Source of the DNA: Eledone cirrhosa
Lineage: Eukaryota
Assembly (NCBI GenBank): GCA_964016885.1
Contig: OZ024740.1
Coordinates: 17,484,001 to 17,548,000, forward strand
DNA length: 64,000 bases
Direction of reading: 5' to 3'
Under the pieces are notes generated by a model, which worked only from the letters and a program-made list of their open reading frames with translations, had not been told where the DNA came from and searched no databases. A program made the position numbers and the translations under genes. Shown one piece after another: positions 25,001-39,133 of this stretch (the first letter of the stretch is position 1; each line of letters opens with the position of its first letter).

Positions 25001-28000
25001 TTGAACGGCTCCGAGAGGTAGCCGTTCACCTTGACCCTAGAGCAGATGCGGCTGCTGTGCATAGCAGTGATCCAGCCCCTGAAAACGGGTCCGAAACCTG
25101 CCGCCGCTAGCACCGCATCCAGGTAACCATGGTCGACCCTATCGAACGCCTTAGATTGATCCAAGTTGATCAGAGCCCCACCAAAGCCGGGTTCGTTCCC
25201 AACCCTCTCTATGATGTATCGCATGAGGTGGAGGTTGTCATGGATGGACCTGGACAGGATAGCGCATCTCCCACCAGGTTGCCCACGACAAGCGCCAACC
25301 TCTTTGCTAGCACCTTGGCCAAAATCTGTAACTCTGTATTTAGCAGAGTTATGGGCCTGAAGTTACTTATTTCGTCCCCCTTGTTCTCGTCCTTCCTCAC
25401 TAGCGTGACTACGCCCTTGGTCACAGTACAGGGAATTCTCCCGTTCTGTTGCCAGTTGCAGTAGACCGCCTCGAGGAGATCGGGGAACAAGTCCGGCATA
25501 GCTAGATATAATTCGTAAGGAAGACCATCGAGACCCGGGGATTTGCGTTTGCCGCATTGGCTCAGCACGTCCTCTATCTCAGCGGCCGAAATCGGCTCCT
25601 CGCAGGACTTCGCCTCCCTGTCCGAGAGGCGCGGCAGGCCGTCGAGGTATGGACTGAAGTCCACGTTCCCAACCGGCTCCCCACCCCGAACAGTCGGGCA
25701 AAGTGCCTTTGAAAGGCCTCACACATCTGCTTAGGCTCAAGAATCGCCCGTCCATCCAGGTCTCGCAAAGACCGGATGGTGGATTTAGTTCCACTGTTGG
25801 CCTCTGTCACGCGGGCCCAGCTAACAGCTTTGGCCCCAGCTAACAGCTTTAGCCCCCTCGTTCCCTAGAGCACGTATTTTACTTCGGACAACGCAGCCTT
25901 CGTGCTTCGCGTCGAAAAACTGGCTCAAAGCTGTTCTCGACGCTAGCACTCTGGCCACGTCGCCGCTTCTAATTGCCTCTTCTACTCTATCTATTAGCTC
26001 CCTTTCTTTCCTATTCCTATCCGCAGCTAGAACCTTACTAAATTCTATCGAGACTGCTCTAATCTCTCTCTTTAGAGATACCCACCACCTGCTGTTGACG
26101 ATCGCTCCAGTCAACCGTTCCTTAACTAACGTACTAATTCGATCCCTGTAGGCTCTACTTGCCGGCAAGGACAAGTTGAGCTTCCAGTAACCGGGGCCCT
26201 GTCTATGCGTTCTATCAAGGTTGACCATGCAGGTCACCAACTTGTGGTTTGAATAGCCAACCATGAGCATTTCTGGACAACTTAAAAAGTCCCTGTCCTT
26301 ATTTCTAACTAAAAATCTATCTCGGTACGACCTAGATGATCTGCTGCGATTTGACCAAGACCAGGTTGGCACCGTCGGAAAATCTAGTCGAAATCTAGAA
26401 AAGACTCCAGACGCTGGAAAAAGTCGGGCCGCTCTGTCCCAAAAGGGGCATATGCGGCTACCAGCCTAAAGGCTCTACCTTCACCACTGCCAAGGTCCAG
26501 CACCACCAGTCGACCCCCTGGGTCCAAGTGAACTATCTGTGTTGCAAGGCCCATATGTTTTTGCAGCAGAACGACAACCCCACCGCCACCTCCGGGCTGA
26601 CAGAGAGATGCGTGCATCTCAAAGTCGTCAAAGGTGGGGGCTAGCTGCCGCATGCTGCTGATCCGGGCCTCGCAGATAACCATCACATTTATAGATTGTG
26701 ACCTGAGGTCATTTAGAAGCATTGCTTGCTTCCAAGACGAGCCCAGGCCACGCGCATTTAGACACTCTACTCTTAGCACAGCCATGTTGGTGGTAAGGAG
26801 AAAAGGCACTTACCTCTCTGCGTCCCGGGAAACGGGCCGCTCAATTTCCATGCTGGTTGGGGATGGGTTGTTGGGTGGGGTGGTGGTTTGTGGAAGTGAA
26901 GGGGCATTGGGGGGGGGGTGAAATTTTTTAGGAGGACGCGGTTGATTGGTTTGGCGCAGGGGGGGCCCACGTCCTCCGTGAAATTTATTTTCAGTGTTTT
27001 GTACAAGTGCATTGGGACTTTTATCATTTTTAAATGAGGTAGTCCCACAGCAGTTTTAAAGTTAGGCCCTTTGGTTTGGACCGAAGTAAGATAGTGCCTA
27101 GCCCACACTGTAAAGTGGTTCTGTAGGTGTCATGATAAAACACCTAGCCCACACTGTAAAGTTGTCCTGTAGGTGTCATGATAAAACACCTAGCCCACAC
27201 TGTAAAGTTGTCCTGTAGGTGTCACAATAAAACACCTAGCCCACACTGTAAAGTTGTCCTGTAGGTGTCACAATAAAACACCTAGCCCACACTGTAAAGT
27301 TGTCCTGTAGGTGTCACAATAAAACACCTAGCCCACACTGTAAAGTTGTCCTGTAGGTGTCACAATAAAACACCTAGCCCACACTGTAAAGTTGTCCTGT
27401 AGGTGTCACAATAAAACACCTAGCCCACACTGTAAAGTTGTCCTGTAGGTGTCACAATAAAACACCTAGCCCACACTGGAAAGTTGTCCTGTAGGTGTCA
27501 CAATAAAATACCTAGCCCACACTGTAAAGTGGTTGTGTAGATGTCATGACAAAAGACATCTATCCTACACTGAAGTGGTTGTGTAGGTGTCAACAAAAAG
27601 CACTCTGTAAATGTGGTTAGTGTTAGGAAGGGCATCCAGCCATAGAAACCTAGCTAGAAACAGTTCTGTATGAGCCAGATATGGTCAACTGACCTGGTTT
27701 GTGTAGGGTCAATTGGTCTAACCCATGCTAGCATGGACAATGGACATTAAACAGTGATGATGATACCTGAAATGCCATTGTCCCAACATAGAGGACTTTA
27801 ATAATTTTCTACTTTTTGGCACAAGGCCAGCAATTACCCAGTGCATTTCTGGTACTTTTTTATCGACCCCGTAAGGATGAAAGGCAAAGTTAACCTCGGC
27901 GGGATTTGAACTCAGAATGGCAAGGGTGGTAACTCTGTGTCAAAGCATGCCGTCCGACCCTCTACCGATACTGCCAATCCACCGCCAAATAATAATAACA

Positions 28001-28391
28001 TACCCCTGGAGGTGGGGAAATGTGGATTGTTCATTATAGTCATTATTGTTGGGAGAACTACATTTTAATTTTCCCAATGCTTCTTAAATAAACTAGATGT
28101 GAGCAATGCTACTTACTACAGCTGGTACCTGTTTCAGCAGATTGGTTTTACATGACTTAGATATTCAGTTTAAAAGTGTGACTTAATACCAACATCTGTT
28201 TGATATTGGTGTAATATGTTGAGTTTTTATATTAAAAGAGAGCAATTGAAGTTTCACTTCAACATATACATATATTCTTTGTAATCACACGTGTTTCATA
28301 AATGACCGGCTCAGTATTGGTCATTTGTGAAATACTGTTACACAGGATTATGAATTGTATATATTAAACTGAAACTCCACTCTCTCTTTCT

Positions 28392-28450
<59 letters not shown>

Positions 28451-28632
28451 AAAGGTAAACAGAAATAGCAGGAAGAGGGTCTTAACATTTCGGAAACTAG
28501 TCCTTCATCAGAAGAAAGAATGAGAAACAAGATAGATTGAAGGGACGGGCGGGTTGGAATTGGAAAAAGTGTCTCTAGATAAAAATAACAGGTCCATTCA
28601 TGTGACATCTCTTAGAGTTGATGCTGACATTT

Positions 28633-28666
<34 letters not shown>

Positions 28667-31600
28667 AAGCTATGTGAAGGCGTGTGGCTGAGTGGTTAGA
28701 GAACTGGATTCGCAATCGTAAGGTTGTGAGTTTGATTCCCGGACCAGGTGATGCGTTATCTCCTTGAGCAAGACACTTTATTTCACGTTGCTCCTTCTAC
28801 CTGGAGTTGCGACCGATAGATAGTATTACCAACTGGAAAGACCGATGGAAACATTGTTTCCTCGGTCTCACATGACGAAAGTCAATTGTTCCTATGTATA
28901 GCTATAGAATGTATCTCTGGTCAAATGTAGATGTTGCTAGATTATTGGCTCACAAATATACATAAATTAAGTGGAGACAAAAATGTTTGCTAGAAATCCT
29001 GTCCCAGGCCCTCCCCCCCCCCCTCTATTCTTCTGTGATTCTACAGCTCTCCCTCCTATTCTTCTGTGACCCTACAGCCCCACCCCTCCCATTCTTCTGT
29101 GACTCTACATCTCCCCTCCCATTCTTCTGTGACCCTACAGCCCCTCACCCTCCCATTCTTATGTGGCCCTACAGCCCCTCACCCTTCCATTCTTCTGTGA
29201 CCCTACAGCCTTTACCTTTCACTTTTCTGTTTTTAAATATTTGTAGTAATTTGTGTAAATCTTTCAAAAATGTTAAATGGAAAACAAAATTATGAGGTGT
29301 GTGTATATATAGGCATATATAGTAAAGAGAGTGTATGTGTTATGCAATATAAAATCTATGCTTATATAATATGTAGTACATTTGTATGCATACTTGACAC
29401 GTGTGTATATGTGTATATATAATACATCTGTATGTTATATGGCACTTGTGCATATGTATATATGTATCTATATAAAATTTTTAGTATTAATATTTAATTC
29501 AAGTTTATTTAAAACTGTTTTCAACTTGACATGTAAACCTAAGTAAATTTTACTTATTGCTGGATCCTATAAGTCCTTGTACAAACAATATATATCTAGA
29601 TATTGCACACTTGTATACTAACATATTGACAGCGGAAAGTTCAGTATTCTTAGAAAAACAATCAAGTTTGTTTTCCATTTCAAATGAGAAAGCCTGTCTT
29701 TTACAATGTATAATAACTCACTTTATTAATATTCCATTTTATTTGAAGTCAGTTTTGTTGTTGTGGGCTAACAGGGTTTATTATTGTTTTCTGGGAATTT
29801 GCAATGTCATTCTGAATGGAATTAAGATTATTAAGATTAAATATGTTGTATATGGTTAGCCTAGCATGACTAAGTATACAGATATAGATGTTTGTATGCA
29901 GTGTAAGGGTGGGGAGATATGCATAAAGATTTTTATTTATCAATATATTGGATAGAGGGATAAAGATTTACCTATATGTATAAAGATTAACTGAGACATA
30001 CATGCGTATGTGTGTGTGTATATATATATGGTGCTCCCCCAAAATGTATACACATTTTGATTACCTGTACAGGCAATAGTAATTAGAATGCTGTTGAAGT
30101 ATGTATACATTTTTGGGAAAACCCATACATACATGCACACATATAAATGTTCAGTGAATCCATACATACATATATATGTGTGCATGTATGTATATATATA
30201 TACATACTACTGTACGTCTGTATACATATATGTATGTACGTGTACATACTTATATTTAAGTAACAGCCGTACTAAGAGTGGGAAATGAAATTTCGTTTCA
30301 TTTTTTCCGTTTATCGTTTTCGGTGCACCCGGCCGATTAACCCATTCGATATGCAAATTGGGCTACTCAGCCGTTAATATGCATAAGGTAAGTATATACG
30401 TTCAACAATCTGGCAGGAAGGTATACGTTGCTGACGATAGCTAATAAGCTTGAAACTAGTACAGCGTTCCTTTGTCAGTGTTGAACAAATGAGCAACGAT
30501 GGTTGCTAGACACTACGGCTTAATACGGGATGTTTGTTTACAAACACACCGAGCATTATAATAAATGTTCGGTGAATCCATACGTACATATATATATGTG
30601 TGCATGTATATGTATATATATACATACTACTGTACGTCTGTATACATATATGTATGTACGTGTACATATATGTATGTACATGTACATACTTATAGTTAAG
30701 TAACAGCCGTACTAAGAGTGGGAAATGAAATTTCGTTTCATTTTTTCCGTTTATATATATAAAGTAATAATAATAAATTTGAAGACTAAAATCCAAAGAG
30801 GGCTCGATAAGGATAAATATATATCAAATATATAAGAACCCTAGAGTAAACTTTAATCTGTTATTTTAATAAATATATACATATATATATATACACATAT
30901 ACATATACATATATGTATGTGTGTGTGTGTGTGTGTAGTTTAAAATAAATGGAACCCTGTGGTTGTTTATGTCTGTAGAAAGTGTATTTATTGATAAACT
31001 GTAGCGTAATATGTCTTATATTTGTTGTTGGAAGAAAAGTTTGTTTTGGAGCAATTCTTTCTTAGGGGTACAAGAAAAATGTTTCCTCTTCATTAGTTCA
31101 TAAGAATGGTGAAGAATGGAAGAGAATTAGTGATAGGACTTCATTGCCTTTCTTATCTTTCATTTTTTGAACCCATTACTTTGTGGTGTTTGTTCCAATT
31201 ATCTGCTGAGGTCAGCTTTATCTTTCATCCTTATAGGAGTTAAAGTAGCAGTCTAGGGCAGTGGCTTATCAGACTCCCTGTATGTGAATGTGTGTGTATA
31301 TATATTATATATACAAGCTGAAGTTGAAGCATATGGACAATATGCCCCCCCCCCCCCCCCCCACCTCCTACAGCAAAGTGGCCATGGAGGCGCCATAGCA
31401 AAAAAGCACCCAGCCCCTCCCACTGCGAAGTGGTCGTGGAGGTGTCATGGAAAAAAAGCACCCAGCACTCACTGTAAATGAGGTTGGTGTTAGGAAGGGC
31501 ATCCAGCTGTAGAAATCAAGCCAAAATCAGTTCCCGTATGAGCAAGGCATGGACAGCTGACTGGGCACTGCCCACAACAGGACAACCCGTCTAACCTATG

Positions 31601-31946
31601 CTAGCGTTGAAGAATGGACATAAAATGATGATATATATATATATTTCGTTTCATTCTTTTCCCTTTATCGTTTTCGGTACGCCCGGCCGACTAACTCACT
31701 TGATATGCAAATTAGGCTGCTCAGCCGTTAATATGCATAAGGAAAGTATATACTTTCAGACGTTCAATCATCTGACAGAAAGGTGTACGATGCTGATGAT
31801 AGCTAATAAGCTTGAAACCAGTACATCGTTCCTGTGTCACTGTTGAACAAAAGGGCGACGATGGTTGGTGAGCACTGTACGGCTTAATTCAGCCTGTTTT
31901 TTTACAAACAAACTGAGCATTATAATAAATGCTCGGTAAATCCATA

Positions 31947-32008
<62 letters not shown>

Positions 32009-35000
32009 GCCTTTCTGTTATAATACAGTAATGCCATAATACTGTATGACAACATCTGAGATGCTTTGTGGTATTTCTTTTGTCACTTTGCTTTCTGGGG
32101 TTTATTTGGGTGGGAGATTTAATACCATCATCTAGTCATTGTGTGCCTTTAGCAGAATCAATTCTGTTGCAAGCATTCAGGGGCCAGGCCGTCAGATAAG
32201 GATACCCTCCTCACACCCAGCAGTCAGGTCCTGAAAACTAACTAGCACTGCCCTTCTTTACCTGACTAAACAGGAAAGAAAATGTTATGGTGGTGGTGAT
32301 GATGTTGATGATGATGATGGTGGTGGTGGTGATGTTCTTTCCAAGCATGACTTTTAATTAGGGCACTGTCACATTCCAGAGGACTTCCTGATATACCTCC
32401 TCCTCCTACCCTGCATTGCCCCCACCCCACATCCTTTTCTGACACACACCCTCCCCCTCTCTCTATTCAACACTACCCTCTTTCTTCTTGTCTTAGATTC
32501 TCTGGCACCAGTAGTTATTTTTCTTTTTACATTTTATTAATATATTTTCTTTTAAATTTCATAGTTCAGCTCCACCCACCTTTCCCCTCTTATCTGCTTA
32601 CCACCCCATCTTGCACCCTCCCTATCTCCTTTCCAAATGTGCCCCTCCCAACTGGTCTTCATAGTCACCCACCACTGCCACCATTTTTATGTTATAGAAT
32701 ATTTGAAAGGAAAAAAAAAATAAGAGGCTACTCCCTTGTACTCATCAGCATCATCATCATCACCATCATCAGCATCATCAGCATCATCATCATCATCATC
32801 ATCACCATCATCAGCATCATCAGCATCATCATTATCACACTCTTCATAATACTTGTTGTTGTCAATGTAATGTCTCTGTCTTCAGAAGAATAAACAGAAA
32901 ATTGATGTTCACACACATACACACCTATTTTTTTTATTCCAACACTTGTGTGCATGCACGAATAAATGTGTGTGTATGTGTATATATATACACACACACA
33001 CACACACACATTTATTCGTACATGCACACAAGTGTTGGAATAAAAAAAAAATAGGTGCGTATGTGTGTGTGTATACACACACACACACACACACACACAG
33101 TTGTCTTAGCCAAGTTTTCTTCTTGACCCCCCCCCCCCCCATCTCTCCTGTTACTTCCAACTACCTTCCACCACCTCTACTGCCACTACCTCTACACCCA
33201 TAGTCAGATGGTGTCGCACAGTATTATATTACTACTGTATATAAAACACATGCATGCACGTGTTCATATACACACACACACACACACACGTGTTCATACA
33301 CACACAAGCTGGCTAGTTTTTTTTTTTCTCAAAGATTGCAAGTGTGTGTGCGTGTATATATGTGTATTATGTGTTTATATGCATGTCCCTGGTTCTGTGT
33401 GTATGCATTCATATACATGTATGTGTTTATGTACATTGTATGTATATGCATACATTGTGCATACATATATACATCACATCTATGCATATATACATTGTAT
33501 GTGTATGCATACATATACATGTATTTATGTACATGTGTCGGTGTGTGTGTATGTATCCACATCTATGTGTATGTGAGCAGCTGTATGTGTCACTTGTTTT
33601 ATTGGACTATGCAGTTTTTGTAATGGAAGAATGTATATTTTGTTTTTGGCAGATGTGTGTGTGTTTATGGAAATATTTTGTTTAAGTATGGGTGTGTGGT
33701 AGATTGATGATCCCGAGAGAAGTCTGTAGCTGGAATCTCATGTCTTTATCAGAGAAAATCTGAAATGATTACCATTGGTATGTACCCACACACATACTTT
33801 CATAGTTTCCAGCCCATTGAAGGGCCACTGTGCAGTTATTTGACCTGCTAGAAAGACCAGCCAAATCTTCCTCAAGTTACATGAATGTTTCAGTTATTTG
33901 ATAAACAGAATGACCTACTCATTAAATTGTGTAAGTGGTTGGTTATTCCACAGAGTTTCTCAGGTAATTCTCAGAGATTCAACATGTCACAGTATGTGAC
34001 ACAGCTGGTCCTTCGAATTACAGTGGAGACTTCTGGCGTCCCCAACCTCGACCACATCTCTACTCACTGCTATCGGAGTGGAATTGGCCACCTGCAGGTG
34101 TGAGCCCCATAAGGTGGAGTCACTGTTTCAGCGTGTCTCTCTCATGGTCCTGTGGGGCAATGCATTCTCCATCCTGTCATCAGGGACCCAGAGACGGGGT
34201 GGGGAATAGTTATTTGGTGGTGGAGGATACTCATTCGGACATCACTTCAACAACTAAAGTATATTTACAAATACAAACATATATGGTAGGGTGGTGGTGA
34301 TGATGATGGTAGGGTGGTGGTGGCGATGATGGTAGGGTGGTGGTGGTGATGATGGTAGGGTGGTGGTGGTAGTAGTGATGATAGTTGAGTGATGGTTGGT
34401 AATTGAATGTTGCTGGGAATATTAAAAAACAAAAATAAAGTTTATTTCAATAACCCCCCCCCCCCCCCTTCCCATGTTCTTGTTCCTCCAACACCCACTC
34501 CAATTATTCTCTTCAGTCACTCCCAAACTACTTAACTCTCCACCCTAGCCCTGCTTCTTTCACCCCCCCCCCTTAACCCAACTCTCCACCCTCCACCTGC
34601 CTGTTTCACCCCTTTTTATAGCTTTGACACCAGCCCCATCCACTCCCCTATATCATTTAGATGATGAAATACTCATAAACACACTTTCACCCTCACACAC
34701 CAATTCTCTTTGTGTACAACACATGAAAAGATATAAGCAAAAAGGGACAGTGTGTATGTGTACACATACTTATATTTTGCTTATTCTGAATATTTAGTAC
34801 ACACACGCACACTCACACACACCTTCATTCACACCCTCATTCACACCCTCACACACATGCACACATACACTCACACATTTATTGGTAAGAATGTTGTGAA
34901 GCTAATTGTTAGTATCAGAATGGCTAGAACTCCTTCCACTGTTTACAGTCTTTGTATATGTCAGTGTGAATGCTTGTTTTATGAGTTTCTGTAATAAACA

Positions 35001-37763
35001 CAGTAAACATGTACTAACTAGGGTAATTTTTATAGAACCTAAATATGTCTTTAATAGTGGCTGTTTGTTTTAAAATTTTACTGAAGCTACTGGCTTTTCA
35101 AAACAGTCTTTTTAAAACATTGTTTTGGAAACCTTGTAAGTTTGGCAAAGTTTTGAAGTGAACAGATGTATTAATAACAGATATATACACATGTAGGATT
35201 GGTGCTTCTCTTAAAACAAAAAATAATTATGTAAAATAATTGTTTCTACTTTTGGCACAAAACCAGCAATTACCCAGTACATTACTGGTACTTTATTTTA
35301 TCAACCCCGTAAGGATGAAAGGCAAAATTAACCTCGACGGGATTTGAACTCGGACCGTAAAGGGACGTAACTATGCTAGAAAGCATGGCGTCCAATCCTC
35401 TACCGATACTGTCAATTCTCTTTTCTTTCATATTGTACCTGACTATAAAAGATGGTGAACCTTGATAAAGAGTACATGTGGCTTGAGGTGTGGAAAAGGA
35501 AGGAGGGGGGGGGGGGTATGACAAAAACATTGTTGACAACTTAAAGCTCCCACTATGTAGAGGGGGGAGGAAGGAGTTAGAGGACAGTAAGTTTGACATT
35601 GACACTGTGGCTGCTAGGAAAACTCAGAATTGCATCCAGAAAGTTGAGTAGTTCATTGAAGAAGGCCTCTATTAGGATATGCAAGATTGCCTGCTGTGAT
35701 AAGACTTTTAGGACTTATATGAATGAAGACCTTGCTGCAAGTATTACCTGATGTCAACAGGTCAGCTGCTCCGTCACCTGCGTCCAAGGAGAACTGTATG
35801 AAGAGAGACAAGAAGCTGTTCAATGTGATGAAGTATTCCCTGGAATTAAACATGGGGTTTTTCTCCAGAACAAGGTACACAGCAAGGAGAATAACAGGTG
35901 GTTCCCAGGGTCATGAAAACTAAAGTTTTCTGTCCACATCATGGTTGTTAGTGTAATTAACAGTGAGGGTCATGTGAAGCCCCCTTACATCTTTAATGTA
36001 GGCCTGAAGGTGAACCAGTTCTGGAGACTGGTGAAGCCCTTGATTAAAGTGGTGACAGTGGGGAAGACTTTGTCTTCCAGCAAGATTCTGCACCTGCACA
36101 CATGGCCAGGAAGACACAAAAGTGGCCATTTAAGCCCAGACATATGGCCTCCTAATCCTTGACTATTTTTTCAGGGTACAGTTGAGTCACCAACAAGATT
36201 GCCTACAACACCAAGGACAAGTTGAAGCAGTGGCTAGGCATTCCAACTGCAACCGTGAAATGCACCTCCATTCCGAGGTCACCTCAAGGAGGTTATTAAA
36301 GTTAGCGAGGGTTATAATGAATAATTATATCATATACAGTTCTGGTAACTTCATGCATCTTGAATTTTCAATATATATTTGTCTTATGTCTCTATATATT
36401 TGTCTTACGTCTCAGACACCATCATAATATCTCAATATATATTTGTCTTATGTCTCAGACACCATTATAATATCTCAATATATATTTGTTCTTTATGTAC
36501 TAAACCTCCTCATAATATACTAATATATATTATGTTATATTTCAAACACTTGTTTAATATACCAAAATGTTTCAAAGGCTATCATATTTGTCTTCTGTTG
36601 TGTTCCAAACACCATCTCATTATTTCAACATATTTCTTATTTTCCAAGTGCCATCTTAATCTTTTAAGCTATATTATAACATTGAGATAATTGTATTTTT
36701 ACTAGGAATATGGCTATAGATGGGTTAAGTTAGATCGTTTAACTATTGTTTCTTTGTATTATTGAGTAGCATTGGTGATGTAGGATATGAGAAACTGCTG
36801 CAGCTAAACAAGAACAACTTTAAACTTAAAAGAGACATGAATTATTTCTTGATAGCCTACACCACATAAAACCACATTAGCAAGACACTCTTGAAATTTA
36901 ACAGCACCATGGCTGCATTGCATTAAAAATTAAAGTCTTTACACTAATACTACAAATTTTTACAACTAGTAAAACACTATAAACATTTGAATTAACAAAT
37001 CTGTTTTTAGATATTTTCTGTTGAATCATTAGATGTTAAGACATAACTTTACCCTTTCGTTACTGAATTTTTAATGACATATTTCAATTAATGAATTTGC
37101 AGGAATTTAATAAAATTATTTCATTATTAAAATAGTATTTCTAACATGGTCTATCTGTTGAGGGTGGTGATGTGAGTTGGTGGTTATGGAGGTTCATTTG
37201 GGGTCAGATTTTATAGGATGGGATGGAAGTGGCTTAATGGTAAGCATGTCTGTTACTTGTGGTCTGTTTTTTGTTGGGTGAGGTGTAATATTTATATTAT
37301 AAATGTTTTTCATTATTTTCCAGATTTCTTTGATGCTTGTACAACAGAAGAATTAACAAATTTTTGTTGCTGTTATCGAAGATCGGAGAGGTCACGGGAC
37401 TATGAGGTAATGTCACGCTTGTCTTTATCTCTTTCACTCTCTCCCTTTTTAAACATTATATGATGATATATATATGATGATATACATATATGATAATATA
37501 TATATATATATATAGTAATAATAATAAATTTGAAGACTAAAATCCAAAGAGAGCTCGATAAGGATAAATATATATCAAATATATAAGAACCATAGAGCAA
37601 ATATTTATTAAAATAACAGATTAAAGTTTAAGCAAAGAATCGCTGCTTCCACCCTTAACGGGATCTTCTGAAACTGAGTTTCAGAAGATCCCGTTAAGGG
37701 TGAAAGCAGCGATTCTTTGCTTAAACTTTAATCTGTTATTTTAATAAATATATATATATATGA

Positions 37764-37799
<36 letters not shown>

Positions 37800-39090
37800 G
37801 ATGATATATATATACACACACACGTACATGTGTGTTCTTTGTCATCTACCATGTGTGTGTCAGGGGTTTTTATTAATTTGTTTAAATCATTTTTCGATTG
37901 AATAATTTAAACATCTCTATATGACTAAGCAATTGTTTGGTTTCATCTCTCTCTCTTTCCCTCACCCTCTCCTTCAGCCCCAGGTGACCAGTATCTCTGT
38001 AGATAGGGTCAACATTAACTGAGAGGTCAACACTAGTTAATGGGCCAGTTTCTCTGTAGATAGTCAACAGCAATTGATGTGGAAATATCTGTGAGGGGAT
38101 AGATGGAGGCACATGGCTTAGGGGTTAGAGCATTGGCCTTGCAATCGAAAGGTTGTGAGTTCAATTCTCAGACCGAGTGATGTGTTGTTTCCTTGAGCAA
38201 GACACTTTATTTCACATTGCTCCAGTTTACTCAGCTATAGAAATGAGATGATAGGGACTGGGGTCCCTATCATTCCACTGCAAAGTGGTCGTGGAGGTGC
38301 CACGGCAAAAAAGCACCCAGCACTCACTGTAAATGAGGTTGGTGTTAGGAAGGGCATCCAGCTGTAGAAATCAAGCCAGAATCAGTTCCCGTCCCACCCT
38401 TGCAAGCAGGGAAAAAACGGACGTAAAATGAAATGAAAAAATGAGATCACTACTGAGGGATCAGGCTTTGTAGATAACATTAACTGAAAGCTCTGATACT
38501 ATCAGTGAAATATAGTGGAAAGTCAGTAGAAACTGTAGAATATGTGTTACATATATATATATATTTATTAAAATAACAGATTAAAGTTTAATTTAAGCAA
38601 AGAATCGCTGCTTTCACCCTTAACGGGATCTATACATGGCTTAGTGGTTAGAGCATTGGGCTTGCAATAGAAAGGTTGTGAGTTCAATTCTTGGACTGGG
38701 TGATGTTGTTTCCTTGAGCAAGACACTTTATTTCACATTGCTCAGCTGTAGAAATGAGATGATAGGATTGGGGTCCCTATCATTCCACTTCAAAGTGGTT
38801 GTGGAGGTGCCACGGCAAAAAAGCACCCAGCCCACACTGTAAAGTGGACGTGTAGGCGCCATGGAAAAAAAGCACCCAGCACTCACTGTAAATGAGGTTG
38901 GTGTTAGGAAGGGCATCCAGCTGTAGAAATCAAGCCAGAATCAGTTCCCGTATGAGCAAGACAAGGTCAGCCGACCAGACACTGCCCACAACAGGACAAC
39001 CCGTCTAACCCAGCTTGCGTGGAAGAACGGATGTAAAACGGTGATGATGATGATGGTGTGTGTGTGTGTGTGTATATATATATATGGGTG

Positions 39091-39133
<43 letters not shown>

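Noticed and set aside
32639-33685. Numerous ORFs rich in CV/YI/HT and poly-Ile/Met (also 12033..12575, 38941..39334, 61473..61847)
   Set aside because: Translations of (CA)n, (TA)n and (CAT)n microsatellites
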